A stretch of DNA of 64,000 nt from NCBI GenBank assembly GCA_003971905.1, contig RSEE01000028.1, positions 558,001-622,000 on the forward strand. The letters run 5' to 3'. The position numbers and the translations under genes are program-made. Each line of letters starts with the position of its first letter. Position 1 is the stretch's first letter. Source of the DNA: Moniliella sp. 'wahieum' (Eukaryota). The notes below the pieces were generated by a model. That model made no database searches, was not told the DNA's origin, and saw only the letters and a list, made by a program, of their open reading frames with translations. Positions 35,470 through 47,669 of the stretch are shown here, piece by piece.

Positions 35470-38400
35470 TTAAACTTGGGAGGTACCTGCAGGGCTGGTG
35501 TCGGAAGCACTAGCGCCTTGGGACAGCTGATGCACGACAGATTGGTGGTGCGTTTGGAGCTGCTGATGATACAGTGCTTGGGAGGTAGACGTAGGGTCCG
35601 AAGAGTCCGGTTGACGAGCGGTACCGTCCGCAGGCCCTGACTCGGATCCAAGAGATGTGGAAGACTGGGAGGCAGAAATCGTCCTGGCAGGCTCCACCCC
35701 ATCAGCAGTACCAGGAAGAGAGAGGGGAATCTCCCACTGATGAAAAGTCAATTCCGGGAAAGAGGTTGTCCAATTGAATCGATGACAGCCCGTCCATTCC
35801 GTGGGTCAGGTCGGACAGTGGGTTGGGCATGGAATTGAGGGGGGAGTGATCACGGCCATGGCGTGGGCATTGGTTGTCACCTCCGTATCGGGCAGGGAGA
35901 TACTACGCCCAACTGCACCAACAAGCGAGGGGGGTTTCGGTTGTACGCCGCCGCGCCCTATGCCCGACACACTCCGTTGCACATCCTTGACAAGGGCCAT
36001 TGGCTTCGGTTCGCCATTAATCGGAGTAAAGGGACGAGGAGCCGAAGTGCGCCGACGCTTCTCCGATCGTCGACGTTCCATCTTAGGAATAAAGTCGTCC
36101 ACTTCATCATCGTCATCGTCCACGGCCCACTCGGTGTCCTTCTCGTCAATGATCACTCGGGGGCGACCGCAAGTTGCCATGACCAGTGGAGGACGTTCGG
36201 CTCAAGGGCGCTGGAGAGCCCTCGGCCGAAGCTCGGCCCGAACTGGGCATCGAGCGGGAGAAAGAGGAGCTGCGCCGCGACGGCGGATTGGTGCTCTGCA
36301 GGGGAAGGTTGAGCCGGCGAATCGGGCCCGAGAGCTCAGCTTCCGAGTCGGCATAAGCTGACTCGGACCATCCGGGCACCGGATCATCATCCACTGCAAT
36401 GTAATACGGAGGATCATAGATTTGCTGTCGGTGTTGGGCCAACCATTCCTTTCAAACATGACCGAGGGAAGACGTCGACCGCGCAGCTCAAGGGGAATCT
36501 CGTCCACCACAGGACGATCCCGTCGCCAACGCCGCGTTACGGGCTAAGCGAATCGCTTGGCCCATTCTTGGAAGAGTCTGCGTCCCTCGCCCGCGTCTGG
36601 AGGTAGTTCGACCCTTGAGCGCTCGGTTGTCCGCCGCAATGTACGCCCGGGTCAATGCTGGGTTTCGCCAGACAGGCGTTAAGGCTTCGTAGTCATGGAA
36701 CTGCTTGAACTTGCGCCGAGGACGGCCACCAGGAGAAGAGGGAGCACTTCCAGGCGAAAGATCAGGGAGTTTCCTAGCCCGCTCGGCTCGCCACTCGTCA
36801 TCGATAGGTTGTGCAAATCCTCGTCACTAGCGCAATCGTCGCTGTATGCGCCTGGGATCAAAAGCTGGCGTGGGATGGGTTTGCGCAGGCGGGAAGCCCC
36901 CCAGTCACGTTCTTGCCGCTTCAACTTGGTTCGCTCAGCCAGACGCTTCCGGATGGCCTTTTGCTCGGATGTTCTTGAGCGTCCTGAGAAGGTAAGGTCG
37001 TACGGCTTGGCGGAACCCAGACCGGGCACTGTCCATCAGATCTTTCGCCACATCCTCAATGTGACCTGACTGCAGCACCCCCGCGTTCGCAACGCCATAC
37101 TCGAACGGTTGGGCCTGAGCCAGCCCTAGACCGACACGGATCAGCTCGTCCATCAGCGCCCCATTGGTGCGGTAGTAATCCTTGCTCTGGAAATCAATGT
37201 GAAACAGGCGCGTGTCGGGAAAGACCCGATGCGAGCCAGAGATCCTCCTCCACCCGGAAGTGACGCCATGGCAGTGCTCTCAGTATCGTGATGGGACACC
37301 CACTCCGCGACGTTGTACGTGTCTGTAAGCAGGCGGAATTCTGTGGTGCCCAAAAAGCGATACAGGTACTCCCTCAGGTCGAGCTACAGCCAATAGTCCG
37401 GGTTAGTCGTTACGCTCAGATACAGAAGTGGGCAAGGGACATACGAGGAGTTTGCGGTTGCGGTAACGTTTGTCACTGGGTGCGATTTCGGTTACCAAGT
37501 CAGCTTCAGACTGGGACATCGACGCTGACTTGCGACCCGACTGGTAAGAGGTGTGCGGTAGACCATATCCCTGACCCATTTGGAGGAGGGGGTGCAGCTG
37601 GCCTTCGGCAAATGGGTAAGGGTTGCCTGCCTGACCAGGCATCGGTAAATGGGAACTTCCCTGGGGAGGTGGCTGCAGTACCGAGACGTTCATGCCCGGC
37701 GGAGGTTGCGTGCTGGGGGGTGGGACGAGTGGGGTGGGAACGCCTCCCTTTGAAAAAGCCCCAGCCGGTTGCTGGTCGCCCCTGGCAGCCGACATCTTGC
37801 TTAACCAAGATGCGAGAGCTGCCGGGGTAGTACCACCGACGTTCTCCATGTGGGGTGGAATAGGGGCCTGGGAAGGGTGGAAATCAGGTGCCGTGGACTG
37901 GGCAGGATAGTTGTTGGGGTTCAGCGGGCTGGGACGCGGTGCCATTTGGTTCATGGTGGTCAGCGGAGTAAATGCCGGGCGTACAGCTTGGTGCGCACCA
38001 GCACTGGAGCGTCGGTTGGAAGCCGCCAAAGGATGATCAAAAGTGGGGAGGACCGAAGCTGACTGGGTGCGTACGCTGGGGGAATCTATGCCCGAGGCCA
38101 GCGAGCCCATCGCATGCGGAGAGCGAGACTGTCATAGACGCTCGTCATGGCATCGGATGATCTCCCGTGGAAGTATGTTCAAATCTAGAGTCATGGGAGG
38201 AAAGAGACATGCCTTGTCCCAGACCAGTGGCGTCGAGCATGGGTTGGTCAGTGGGATAAGCAGGCGGCTGCGAATCAGGAACTTGAGAGTGGGATGGATC
38301 CATCCCTTGGGCCGGCGACTGGGATTGAAGGTGAAGTTGCTCCATCTGAGTAAAGACAGGGATCTGGTTGGCCAATCCACTAGGCATGCCCGTTGCGCTG

Positions 38401-39664
38401 ATACTGGAGGCATGGTGGCGAAGGGTGGTCCTGAGCTGGAATCAGCATTCCGGGACATGGGTGTGGATGCGGGGAGGCTCAGGCGCGCGCTGCCAGACTG
38501 GGTGTGGGCAGCCGATGGATCAAACATTGTGGGCGTTCCAGATGCCAACCCAGGGGGGACTGCTGGCGAGCTGGTGTAGGACGGCGTTGCTACCGGCCGA
38601 ACCTGCTGGCTGGGGCCGTACGGGTGGATGTGGAGGCATGTCCGACCCAAATCAGTGTTGATCCGTGTTGGGTCCCATTCCGACGAAATCTGGACTTGCG
38701 ATCCATTCAAATTAGACGCAGGAGGGGCAACGTGGGAGGCCGGATCAGGAGGGGTGGGAGCCAAGGCCATGGGATCATTGAGGCTGAGCACATGAAGATG
38801 CTTAATCTCCTCTTCCATCCAGAGCTGGAGGCGACGAATATCGGCTTCGACCGTGGCCACGTCATCTGCACCCAGCTCGCCCCGAAAGTTACGCCGAGCA
38901 TGCAGGCGACCAGCAATGGTTCCGAGGTCTGCTCCGACCGTGACGTACAAGTTGGCCGCCCGAGCAGCTGCATCGCTCGCCGATGATTGAGCAGACCAAG
39001 CGGTGGATGGGAGTTGGAGATTTGAGGTTGAATGCTGCGAGCCCTCCTGGACGTGCGGTTGCGGTTGCGGTTGTGGTTGCAGTTGTGGTTGCGGCTGCGG
39101 TTGCGGTTGCGCCTGCGGCTGCGGTTGCGGCTGCGCCTGCGGTTGCGGTTGCGGCTGCGGCTGCGATCCGGACACCCAGGGTGGCAGTGGGAAATGAGAG
39201 GACGATTGGGGAGGCTGAGCTTGGGCGACGTGGGACAGCACCTGGTTGGGTCCCAGCGATAGTGCAGACAGGTGACCGGGTAGGGGCTGAGCCGTCGCGG
39301 AGGCAAGCGAGTCTGGAGCAAGTGGGGTGCGGTCGGGCGCAGATTGGGAGGGAGCTGGAGGTTGGGGGTGAGTCTGAGCTTGGGTCGGGGACTGGGACTG
39401 GGGCTGAGTCTGGGACTGCGTGTGGGCCTGCGGACGCATCAAAGCCAAGGACGTGGCCATGTTGGGGTCGAGCCAATGGTCGGGCACGCCCAGGGCAAGG
39501 GACTGCTGGGGGATCTGGGGGGCTGGTCCTAGGGCAGGAGTGGGGGCGTCGGAGGCAGAGGCAGGCGTCGAGGCAGGGGCAGGGGCAGGCCCAGCGGCAG
39601 GCCTGGGGCTGGGGCCGGCGTGGTTGGGGTCCGAGGCGGGGCGCGCATCGGGAGTGAAAGACAT
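35470..39664 (-). CDS. Large uncharacterised protein: Q/P-rich N-terminus plus a central helical domain with a SDD.ASDE / P.WR.P / P..M...WL..H motif set; intron 37384-37444; frameshifted
   Basis: Chain of minus-strand ORFs from MSFTPDARPASDP. A canonical GTATGT..CTAAC..TAG intron joins RYRNRKLL|LDLREYLYRFLG. Later segments are RKRLAERTKLKRQER, AYSDDCASDED, YEALTPVWRNPALTRAYIAAD and LPSVMF..WLAQHRQ. Confidence 0.65.
39054..39164 (-). repeat. Coding hexamer repeat encoding a (QP)n tract with QA/QL variants
   Basis: (TGCGGT/TGCGGC)n on the plus strand reads SQPQPQPQPQAQPQPQPQAQPQPQPQPQLQPQPQPQPH on the minus strand. Confidence 0.9.
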
Positions 39665-40355
39665 TGCAGGGCTAGCGCAGCCGCCTCATCGGCAGCTCAG
39701 TCGGCGAGGGCAGCGAGACGGATGGATGGGGATGGGGTGGGGACAGCGGGGGCGCGGGGGGGGGGGGAATGGGGAATGGCGGAATGCGGACGGGGCGGAT
39801 GGGGCGGATGGCGGCGCAGCGACTGACTGGCTACCAATGCAATGCGGCAGCCGGGTGGTGGAAGCGCGGCGACGGGCTGCAATGCGCACTGGCCAAAACG
39901 AACACGCTGCGAGAAGCGTCCGCTTTCGCTTGCGCTTTATCATCGCATCGCATTGCATCGCGCTCCACGCCCTGGCGCCCCGCTCCGCTCTGCTCTCCCC
40001 GGCCACCACGCAGTCACCTCCAGCCACCCGCTTCGGCCCGGCTGACGCTGACGCGTGACATGCGACAGGCGCTTGATCGGTGAGTGCCGATGGCCGCACC
40101 AGCCTAGTGTTGGCACGGCTGCTCGTCTGTGCAACTGCCGGGCTACCCGGTGGCTTGCGCCGATGGTGCTTGGCCCGTAGCACACCCACCCGCTGCGCAC
40201 TGCACCAGTCTCCTCGCTGCTGCCATCGGGCTCGCCTCCTCCCTTGGCCCTGCCACTTGCACCCCCACGGCCTGCGCCCACGATCGACCCCCACCCATCG
40301 CTCTGACGTTGCCAACAACCACGAGCCTGGTTCGCGCTGCCCATCCCAACGTCCG

Positions 40356-40430
40356 CCATCGGCCATCGACCATTGACCATCGACCATTGACCATCGACCA
40401 TTGACCATCGACCATTGACCATCGACCATC
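40356..40430. repeat. Heptamer tandem repeat with a 14-bp higher-order unit (CCATCGA CCATTGA)x4 plus flanking variants
   Basis: Read directly; the CCATCGA and CCATTGA units alternate strictly. Confidence 0.92.
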
Positions 40431-40657
40431 CACCAAGGACACAACACTCACCCGCCCCCCCCCCCTCTCACCCCCTCCATCAAAGTACCAGCGCTCAACA
40501 TCCTATCGAGTACCTGCACCAACCAAAACAGAGCAAGGAACAGCAAAACAAATGAAGTGGGACGCTCGGACCGTCGCCGAGACAAAATGGGATGCGAAAT
40601 CGTTGTTCTAACGAGGCGGTCGGACCTACCGCCCAAAGTAAATGGGTGCCGCACTCG

Positions 40658-41475
40658 TCAGAAAACTTGATGTAGACAATAAAGCAAAATAGAAGCCCCA
40701 CTGCACCCCCCTTGCAACCCATAGCTTCAGTTAGTCCCATTGCTTCGCACAGTACACAAAGTAGGGGGAGATACACATACGGGGCCCATTTGCGGATCAT
40801 GGCGTCAATGTTGATCTTGCGTGCAGACCTTCGGTATCTCAGTGATTCATCTCGCAGCGAGCTGGACATGGTCGACATTTCTGATAGAGCAGTCATGTAT
40901 CATGTTAGAAAGGATGCCATGCGACTGGATTCGGGATCCAGCACCGTATACATACGATCCAAACTATCGCCCCGCCACAACAGGTCCTCCATGTTCTTGG
41001 TCATGATGCGTGTCACGTCCGCCAAATCCTCGTTGAGTCGGTCCAAGTTGTTGGACTTGGCCGATTGCGCGGTCCTTGCGTCGGCATAAAGGCGAGTGGT
41101 GCGCTGAATGAATGTGTCGAAGGCAACAAAGGCATAAGGACGAAGAGTACGTTGCCCTACTTGCTGGCCATAGGATTGGCCAAACTCAGCGGCGAGCTCA
41201 TCGAGATAGGAAAAGGCAAGTTTGCGAGGGTAGGACTTTTCACAGATCGCCACAAATACCACTGCCAATGGGTCAGGCGCAGGCGGACGAACAAGATAGT
41301 GAAGCGTCATGGGGCCACTCTCAATGCTGCATCGCGCCTCGCTGCCCGGGCCGAGACGACGAACAACCAGCTTGGCCTGCGCAGTGTATTCGGCCAACTG
41401 GGCCGAATTCTGCCCCTCACTCTGAGCAAGCGGAAGGCCATCGCTGACTCGGGCGATGAGCGTGGCGCGTACCAT
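40658..41475 (-). CDS. SEC22: R-SNARE Sec22 (longin + synaptobrevin + TM); intron 40881-40955 and a second intron near 40712-40780
   Basis: MVRATLIARVSDGLPLAQS, ICEKSYPRKLAFSYLDEL, RPYAFVAFDTFIQRT, NLDRLNEDLADVTRIMTKNMEDLLWRGDSLD|.MSTMSSSLRDESLRYRRSARKIN, and a C-terminal TM GAVGLLFCFIVYIKF. Confidence 0.96.
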
Positions 41476-42303
41476 GGTCAAGCGAGGGTCGACGTGTCAA
41501 CTGTCCAAGGAGCTGTTGGTTGCAACCGACGATCATCTCACTCCGCCCTCTTAACCCATCAAAGGCGCTGACTTGCGCCGACGTTGAGCAAGTGGAGAGC
41601 TGGGCACTAAGCGTTAGGTAAGCAACCGCTTGTATTTGACACGTGACACGGTCAGGCTTGAAGTGAAGCTTGAAGCTTGATTGGGCACATCACATGTGAC
41701 ACCTAAATGTGATGTTGAGTGATGTTGGTGCCGACGACAGATTCGAGACGTCATCGAGTCATACATCGGACTGATGCATCATGCATCATGATGGGCGTCA
41801 TGGATCGCGATGCCGCCGCCAGAGGAGCGACAGGTGGTGCTGGCTGGCGGGGACGATGCAGAACCGCATACGGCCCACAGCCTGCCCGACAGGGACAGCT
41901 GTTGGTTGGGCCTGCTACCTGCTGGGCTCGCGGTCGGTAGCAACTGCGGCCGCCCTGTTCGATGGTGCGGTGCTCGGGGCCTCCACGTCGGAAGACTCGG
42001 ACTCAGCACGCGCAGTGTGGTACTCAGCCCAGCGCTGAGTTCGAGCAGGTTGGTACTTTCGGGTGCTGGTGGCACGCAACGTCCATTACGCGTTGGTACG
42101 GCCCAACTAGCAACTCGCACCTGGTAACTGGGAATCGACGATACTCAGAACTCATTAATCAGCGCCAGTTGTTCAACGTTCAAGCATCAGCTCATCGCAG
42201 CCCAGCTGCTCTTAGAAAAGTGTACTCAGCTCTGTCTCTTGGCTGCAACTCCAGCCCCAGCCCATCCTCTTCTCGTCCAACCCCCTCTGCCCTGTCCCTC
42301 GCC

Positions 42304-45071
42304 ATGCTCGGCTCGGGCAAGCACAAGCGCCCCGACACCAAGCTCCTCGACAACCTCATTGCCTCACAGAAAAAGCTCACCAGTGCCCTTAGCAATGCCC
42401 GCACCGCCTCCGAATCCAGCAACCTCGTCACCTCGGCCTGGTCCACTCCCGACGGTCCAATGCGATGCAGACAGCCGTCATCTTGAACCGCGCTCTCGCC
42501 GCTACCAACACTGCCCTGGATGATTATTCTGTCTCCATCACCAACTTCACCAATGCTCTTCATGGCCTCTTGGCCCAAGAAGCCGCCGTCGCTGAGATTA
42601 TGCGCGATCGCGGTATTCTCGTTTCCCGCCTGGTCCGTCTCACCAAAAAGAAGCCCAAGGCCGGCCAAGAGGACAAGAATCTCCAAGCTCTCGCCGACAC
42701 GCAACAGGAACTCGCTGCCTGCGAGACTGTCCTGGCTGCCGAGCAGAACACCCTCTCTACCACCCGCCGCCAGACCTTGGCTGAGCATACACGTGCCCGT
42801 CTTCTCGCTCTTCAATTGTTTGGCTCTCAAATCCATCAGGCTGCTGTAGAGGGACTGCAGCAGTTTGATAGTTTATCTGGTACGTTCGATCCATCCCTAT
42901 CAAGGTCTTCTCCCACCCTGTTTCTCCTCCCGTCTCCTGCGCATTTGCCGGATGGAAATACTCACCTACCCCCTTCGCTCGTCCAGCCTACGCATCTTCT
43001 GTCTCACAACCCCAAGCGCCTCAATTTCCCTCGACCCCGCGCCTGCTCCCCACGTCCCATCTGTGATTCCAAGCTATGCGAGCCAGCGCAGAACCCCCTA
43101 CACGAGTGGGGTGCCACCTCACTATGTTGCCCCCCGTGCTTCTACATCTCTTCCGCCTAGGAGCATGTACGAGGCGGAACCAAGATACGAAAGTGCCGAC
43201 CAGATGTATGACGCACGTGATGCTGGGACGACTAGCGTTGTGCCTGTGCCGCAGCACCACGAGTCACGTCAGGAAACCCCTTCTGCGTTTGAACCTACTG
43301 TGCAACTCCCTGGGGCTCAAAGGCCCGAGGGAGAGATGGATGGGATGGCCATGGCCATGGGCACAAGTGACCGCGAAAGCGTACCGAGGAAACGGTACAG
43401 CTCTGACCCGGTCGGCGTTCCGTCTCCGTACCAAGCGGCTGAAGTGGGGGTTGTCGTGACTGCTCCTGACACAGCGGAGCAGCAGGCCATGGCGGCCCAA
43501 GTTCCAGTGGCAGAAACCCCAGGCCGTACGCTCGAAGCGCCTGGGAGCGACGAAGTTTTTCTCACTCCGGCAACCGAGTTGACGCCTGAAGATTTGACCC
43601 TGGCAATTCCTCTTCCGACCCGGACGCGAATGCAGTAGCACACCAGGGCCCGTATGTGGCCGGCTTATCTAACCGTCCCACCTCCCACCCCTGGCCCACG
43701 TCGCTCACGACCCCCGGCCCAGAGTGGCAGTTGACCAAGAAACGCTCCACCCGTCGCGTGGTCTACCATCGGAAGCACTCATCCGCGCCCAGTGGAACGT
43801 ACACCACTGGCCCGGATGGGGCGATTGATGCTGTAGGTATCGTGAGTCCCCCTGGTAACACCGTCCCCGTCGCACGCGATCGGGACGATGGCAGTCGTAC
43901 CTCTTCGGAACCGCCCAAGCTCTCGCGCCATCTTTCCTTGATGGGACACCGAAAGAAAGACAAGAGCAGTAAACCGTCCCATCCCAGCGAGCACACTTTT
44001 CTTTCCCGCTTGAACACGGTTTTGAAAACGGACATCACGGTTGCTGCGGCCGAGGCGAGTCACGATGAGATGATGGCGGGGGAGAGCCGCGGTGGGTTCC
44101 TCCGTCGTAGCCAATCCTCTTCCTCGGGCAAGCGCCACGCTTTCGCGCTCAAGCGCTCCTCGACAAAACTAGGCAAATCCGTTCTGCCTGTCGAAGAGGA
44201 CTCTTCGGAAGATGAGCTGGCTCGCAGCCCGGTGCACTCGACGTGGCAGACACGTACCGACCAGAACCTCCAGGATCGCGGAGCAGGACAGACCGAGGTC
44301 CGGCACTCTACCAAGTCCTCCTCGAAGCGCATCCCTTCCAGCCTCTTCAATTCCCCTCCGCCTCCCCCTCGAGCCAGAGCGGTACGTTGTACAACAAACG
44401 CCTCGCCACACCCCGCCAAGTCTTGCAGCCCGAACCCAGTAGCCCCGTGTCGGTGGATCCTCAAACCCCGGCTGGTACGGGAACGGTCACGGGTACGGCC
44501 ACGGGTACGACGTGGACCCAGTCCCCGTCCTTTGCTCCGGGCGGAACTACCTCGTTGCAGAGCACACCCAACATACGCCGGTCCCCTCGAGTCGAGGATA
44601 CAGGAACGCACACAGTGCCTTCCTCATCTACCTGGTCAGCACCTAAAGTGGCTCCTTTGGGCTTGGGACTGGGCTTGCCCTTTGGCCCTACCAAGGGGGA
44701 ACCTAGTAACTCCGCAGCGCCAGAATCTCCCAGTACCCACTGGACAGCTACCCCGGAAGTTCTCCCCCTCCCCCTATCCCCTGGCGCATCTGCATCTACC
44801 TCCCCCCAGTGGGTCGGACGGGGCCAGAAGATCATGCGACCGGGGCCCCGGTGCGAGTCAAGAAAGTGATTCGGGTCAAAAAGACTCGCAAGCCCGTTCG
44901 TCGGTCGGGGAAACCGAGCGAGCCCAACTCGACCGTGCCTTCCACTTATCCTATTCCCCTACCTCCGTCCCGAGCTCCGTGGGAAGCGGACTGTACTATG
45001 TCACTGCGCCTCCAAGCACGCTCGACAGTTACCCTTCCGTGCCCAAGGCCCCGCCACGAGGTGGGTACTGA
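42304..45071 (+). CDS. Pil1/Lsp1-like (AH/BAR) N-terminal domain protein with a long disordered tail (frameshifted)
   Basis: DTKLLDNLIASQKK...ALDDYS...EAAVAEIMRDRGILVSRLVRLTK...TQQELAACETVLAAEQ..L...R fits the basidiomycete Pil1-like family as I recall it. Ser/Pro-rich ORFs follow to ...PPRGGY*. Confidence 0.65.
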
Positions 45072-47420
45072 GCACTCAGCACTCAGCACTGAGTACCGAG
45101 CACTGAGAAAGTTTAGGATTCTCGCCTAGCATGTGTACGTCAACACATACGTGTCGCGTCCCTAACCCAGCTCATTCATCGCTCGCAGTCTTAGGACCTC
45201 TTCAAAGCTGCCGCCTTCGACCTCAGGTCCTCAGGTCCTCAGGAGCTCTCTGGCCAGGGATAGATGATTACGGATTGCATATGACATGTGTATCCTCCAC
45301 GGTCTACGTTCCATGTTCGTGCCTCTCGTTTTGCTGTGGTTATTATAACCCTGGCCCGAGGACCACCGACACGGTTCTCCTGCGTTTTGTCCTTTGCCCT
45401 TCCCCTCATGTCTTCCCACACTGCACCATGCACCGAATTATGCAGGTAGGCTTGCTTCTTCACCAGCTTCGCCGTCAGCGTTCCAACAATCGTGTTCAAC
45501 ATTCGTTCAACAATCGTTCAACGGGGACGTTCCTAACCGTAGTGCCCTCATCCCACTTCCGTTCCTTCTTTTTTACCGCCGGAAGATGTCGGGTGCGGCC
45601 GCTTCTAGCTTCAAGCTTCAAGCTTCACCCACTTCAAGCTTGACCAACTTCAAGCTTCAAGCTTCACCTCACCAATCCTCTTCCTTTGCCGATGTTTTCT
45701 GTCGCCGTTTTAGGCTCTTTTCGCGGTTTGTTTTTTTGTTTTTTTGTTGGGTCAATGTGTAATGTATCACCAAAACTTCGATGAGTGCGGGGACGTGTTG
45801 CTGTGGAAGCGGGATGATCGATGATCGATGATCTATGGTCGGAGCTTGAAGGATGTCTTCAAGTGGTCGCGGATGTCGTTATCAATTGGGAAGAGTCGAG
45901 GGACCGCGAGTTCCCAGGCCTAAGGTCTATCGATCTAAGGCCGAGAACGGCAAAAGGTAACGGCCGAGGTGTGCGAGATCTGTGACATGTGAGAGACTTG
46001 AGGGCCTGCGATCATCTCGATCGTAGACCAACCAGGCTATGACACAATGTACTTTCCGCGTAGAGCCTGTAGCATCTGAGATCTGAGAGCCGTGTGACAC
46101 ATGTGACAATGTGAAGCTTCAAGCTCCAAGAGCTTCAAGCACTTCAAGCTTCAAGCTTAGCTCTTTCAGCGCTCTAGCAGGCGACTACGCATATGGTGTG
46201 TGACGCACGAGATATGATGCAGATGGCCAGAGAGGTGTCTGTCTCGAGCTGTTGGACCGTGGTCTCTGCATGAAACAGACCATGGTTTTGGTTGGTGTTT
46301 GTGTTTACATTCTGGTTTACCCCATTGACCCAACTAGCGTTCCCGGGACCCGAGAGAGAACTCCGACGTGCCAGGATGTTTGGCCCTCGCTCTGGCCACT
46401 GTACATGTACGTGGATTGAATATTGAATATTGAACCGACCACAACTCGGGCCTCAGGCCTCCCTCAACAGCTCTTCAGGCTCGCGCTCAACATGCCCAAC
46501 ATGACTCCCAAGCTTTCCTTTCGAAGTTCCGTCGTGCGGTCTCCTCGCTGTGGGGGGTCAGCATTATGATGCAATGATGCGTGATGCACGATGTGTGATG
46601 CGCCAATGATAGAATAGGCTTGCTGTGCCCTCTGTGTCCTCTGTGATACAGAGCAGGTGAGCGCATCGAGGTTGTTGGGTGGGCCCTTCTGCCTGTTGCG
46701 TAGCACAGCAACCCCACTCAATATTCAATGTCCTACTTGAATCAGCCAGGTCAAGCTTCAAGGTGCTCCCAGATCTGTGGGGCACACAGCTCTGTTCTCT
46801 TACCCCAGGGCCAATGATTCAGAGCTGTCTGTCTGCGATGGATCCTATGTTGTGGGGAGAGTCAGGGAGCCGGCGAACGGCCGAGCGGCCCACCTGATGC
46901 CATGCGCTCTAAGATCTAGTACGCGCCGGAAGGATGTGGCAAAAGGGGCGGGGCATACTACAAACAAGAGGGGGTGGCAACATGCAACCCAGTGCGAGAA
47001 CTAGCAGTGGAGACTGTGCGTATATAAAACACGTAGCGGGGGAGTTACTAGTTACTAGTTACTAGTTCCTGAGTGAGGATTGTGTACACTGAAGAATGCT
47101 TTGCGTACAAGTTGAGTACCGAGTCTGAGGACCTCCCCCTGGAGCACTTGCTTATTGGGAAAGCGCACGCCCCTCCTCGATCCCTTCCCCCATCCACGCC
47201 TTGCATGGGCGATACGTCGGCGACTGTGATATGCGTCGTCACATCGTGATTAAGGTGATTGCTGATTGCCCAGACAGCAAATTGGTCAGCGATCGAAGCA
47301 TAAATTGGGGCTTTTAGATAGCAGGCACCAGACCACCCTGGCCACTGACGCAGGGCAGGCCAACGTTGGATATACGTTGATACGTTGAATATTGAATACG
47401 GCTGGCTACGCACTATGTAC
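45061..47420. repeat. Intergenic island dense in TNA-[palindrome]-TNA period-7 elements
   Basis: AGCT arrays at 45607-45666 and 46112-46160, TCGA at 45815, CATG at 45983, GATC at 46077, ATAT at 46417 and 47386, GGCC at 46449, CTAG at 47045. Confidence 0.85.
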
Positions 47421-47669
47421 GCGCAGCATATAGGCCGTAGTACCTGCACCCGCGCAACGCCCGCCCGCACTAGCCAGCAGCCGATCTGGGCAGAGCAGGC
47501 GTTGGCCTTGGATGGCCCATGCAGCATGCCTGTCCGTGATAATACACTTGGATCATTCATAATCAGTCGCAGTGATTGGTTTGTTTATCGTCTCGCATCG
47601 ATACAGCACACTGTCCATCGCGGTCCCCCTTCTCTCCTCCACCCCGCCACCTCCTCCTCTCGTCGCCCC

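Noticed and set aside
38983..40451. ORFs with CGCGCG, LRLRLR, AVAVAV or MVDGQWS repeats
   Set aside because: These are alternative-frame or antisense translations of the (QP)n coding repeat and of the non-coding heptamer repeat.
45061..47420. CRISPR array or MITE family
   Set aside because: There is no constant 25-40-bp repeat with unique spacers and no cas genes, the context is eukaryotic, and I saw no shared terminal inverted repeats or long common flanks.
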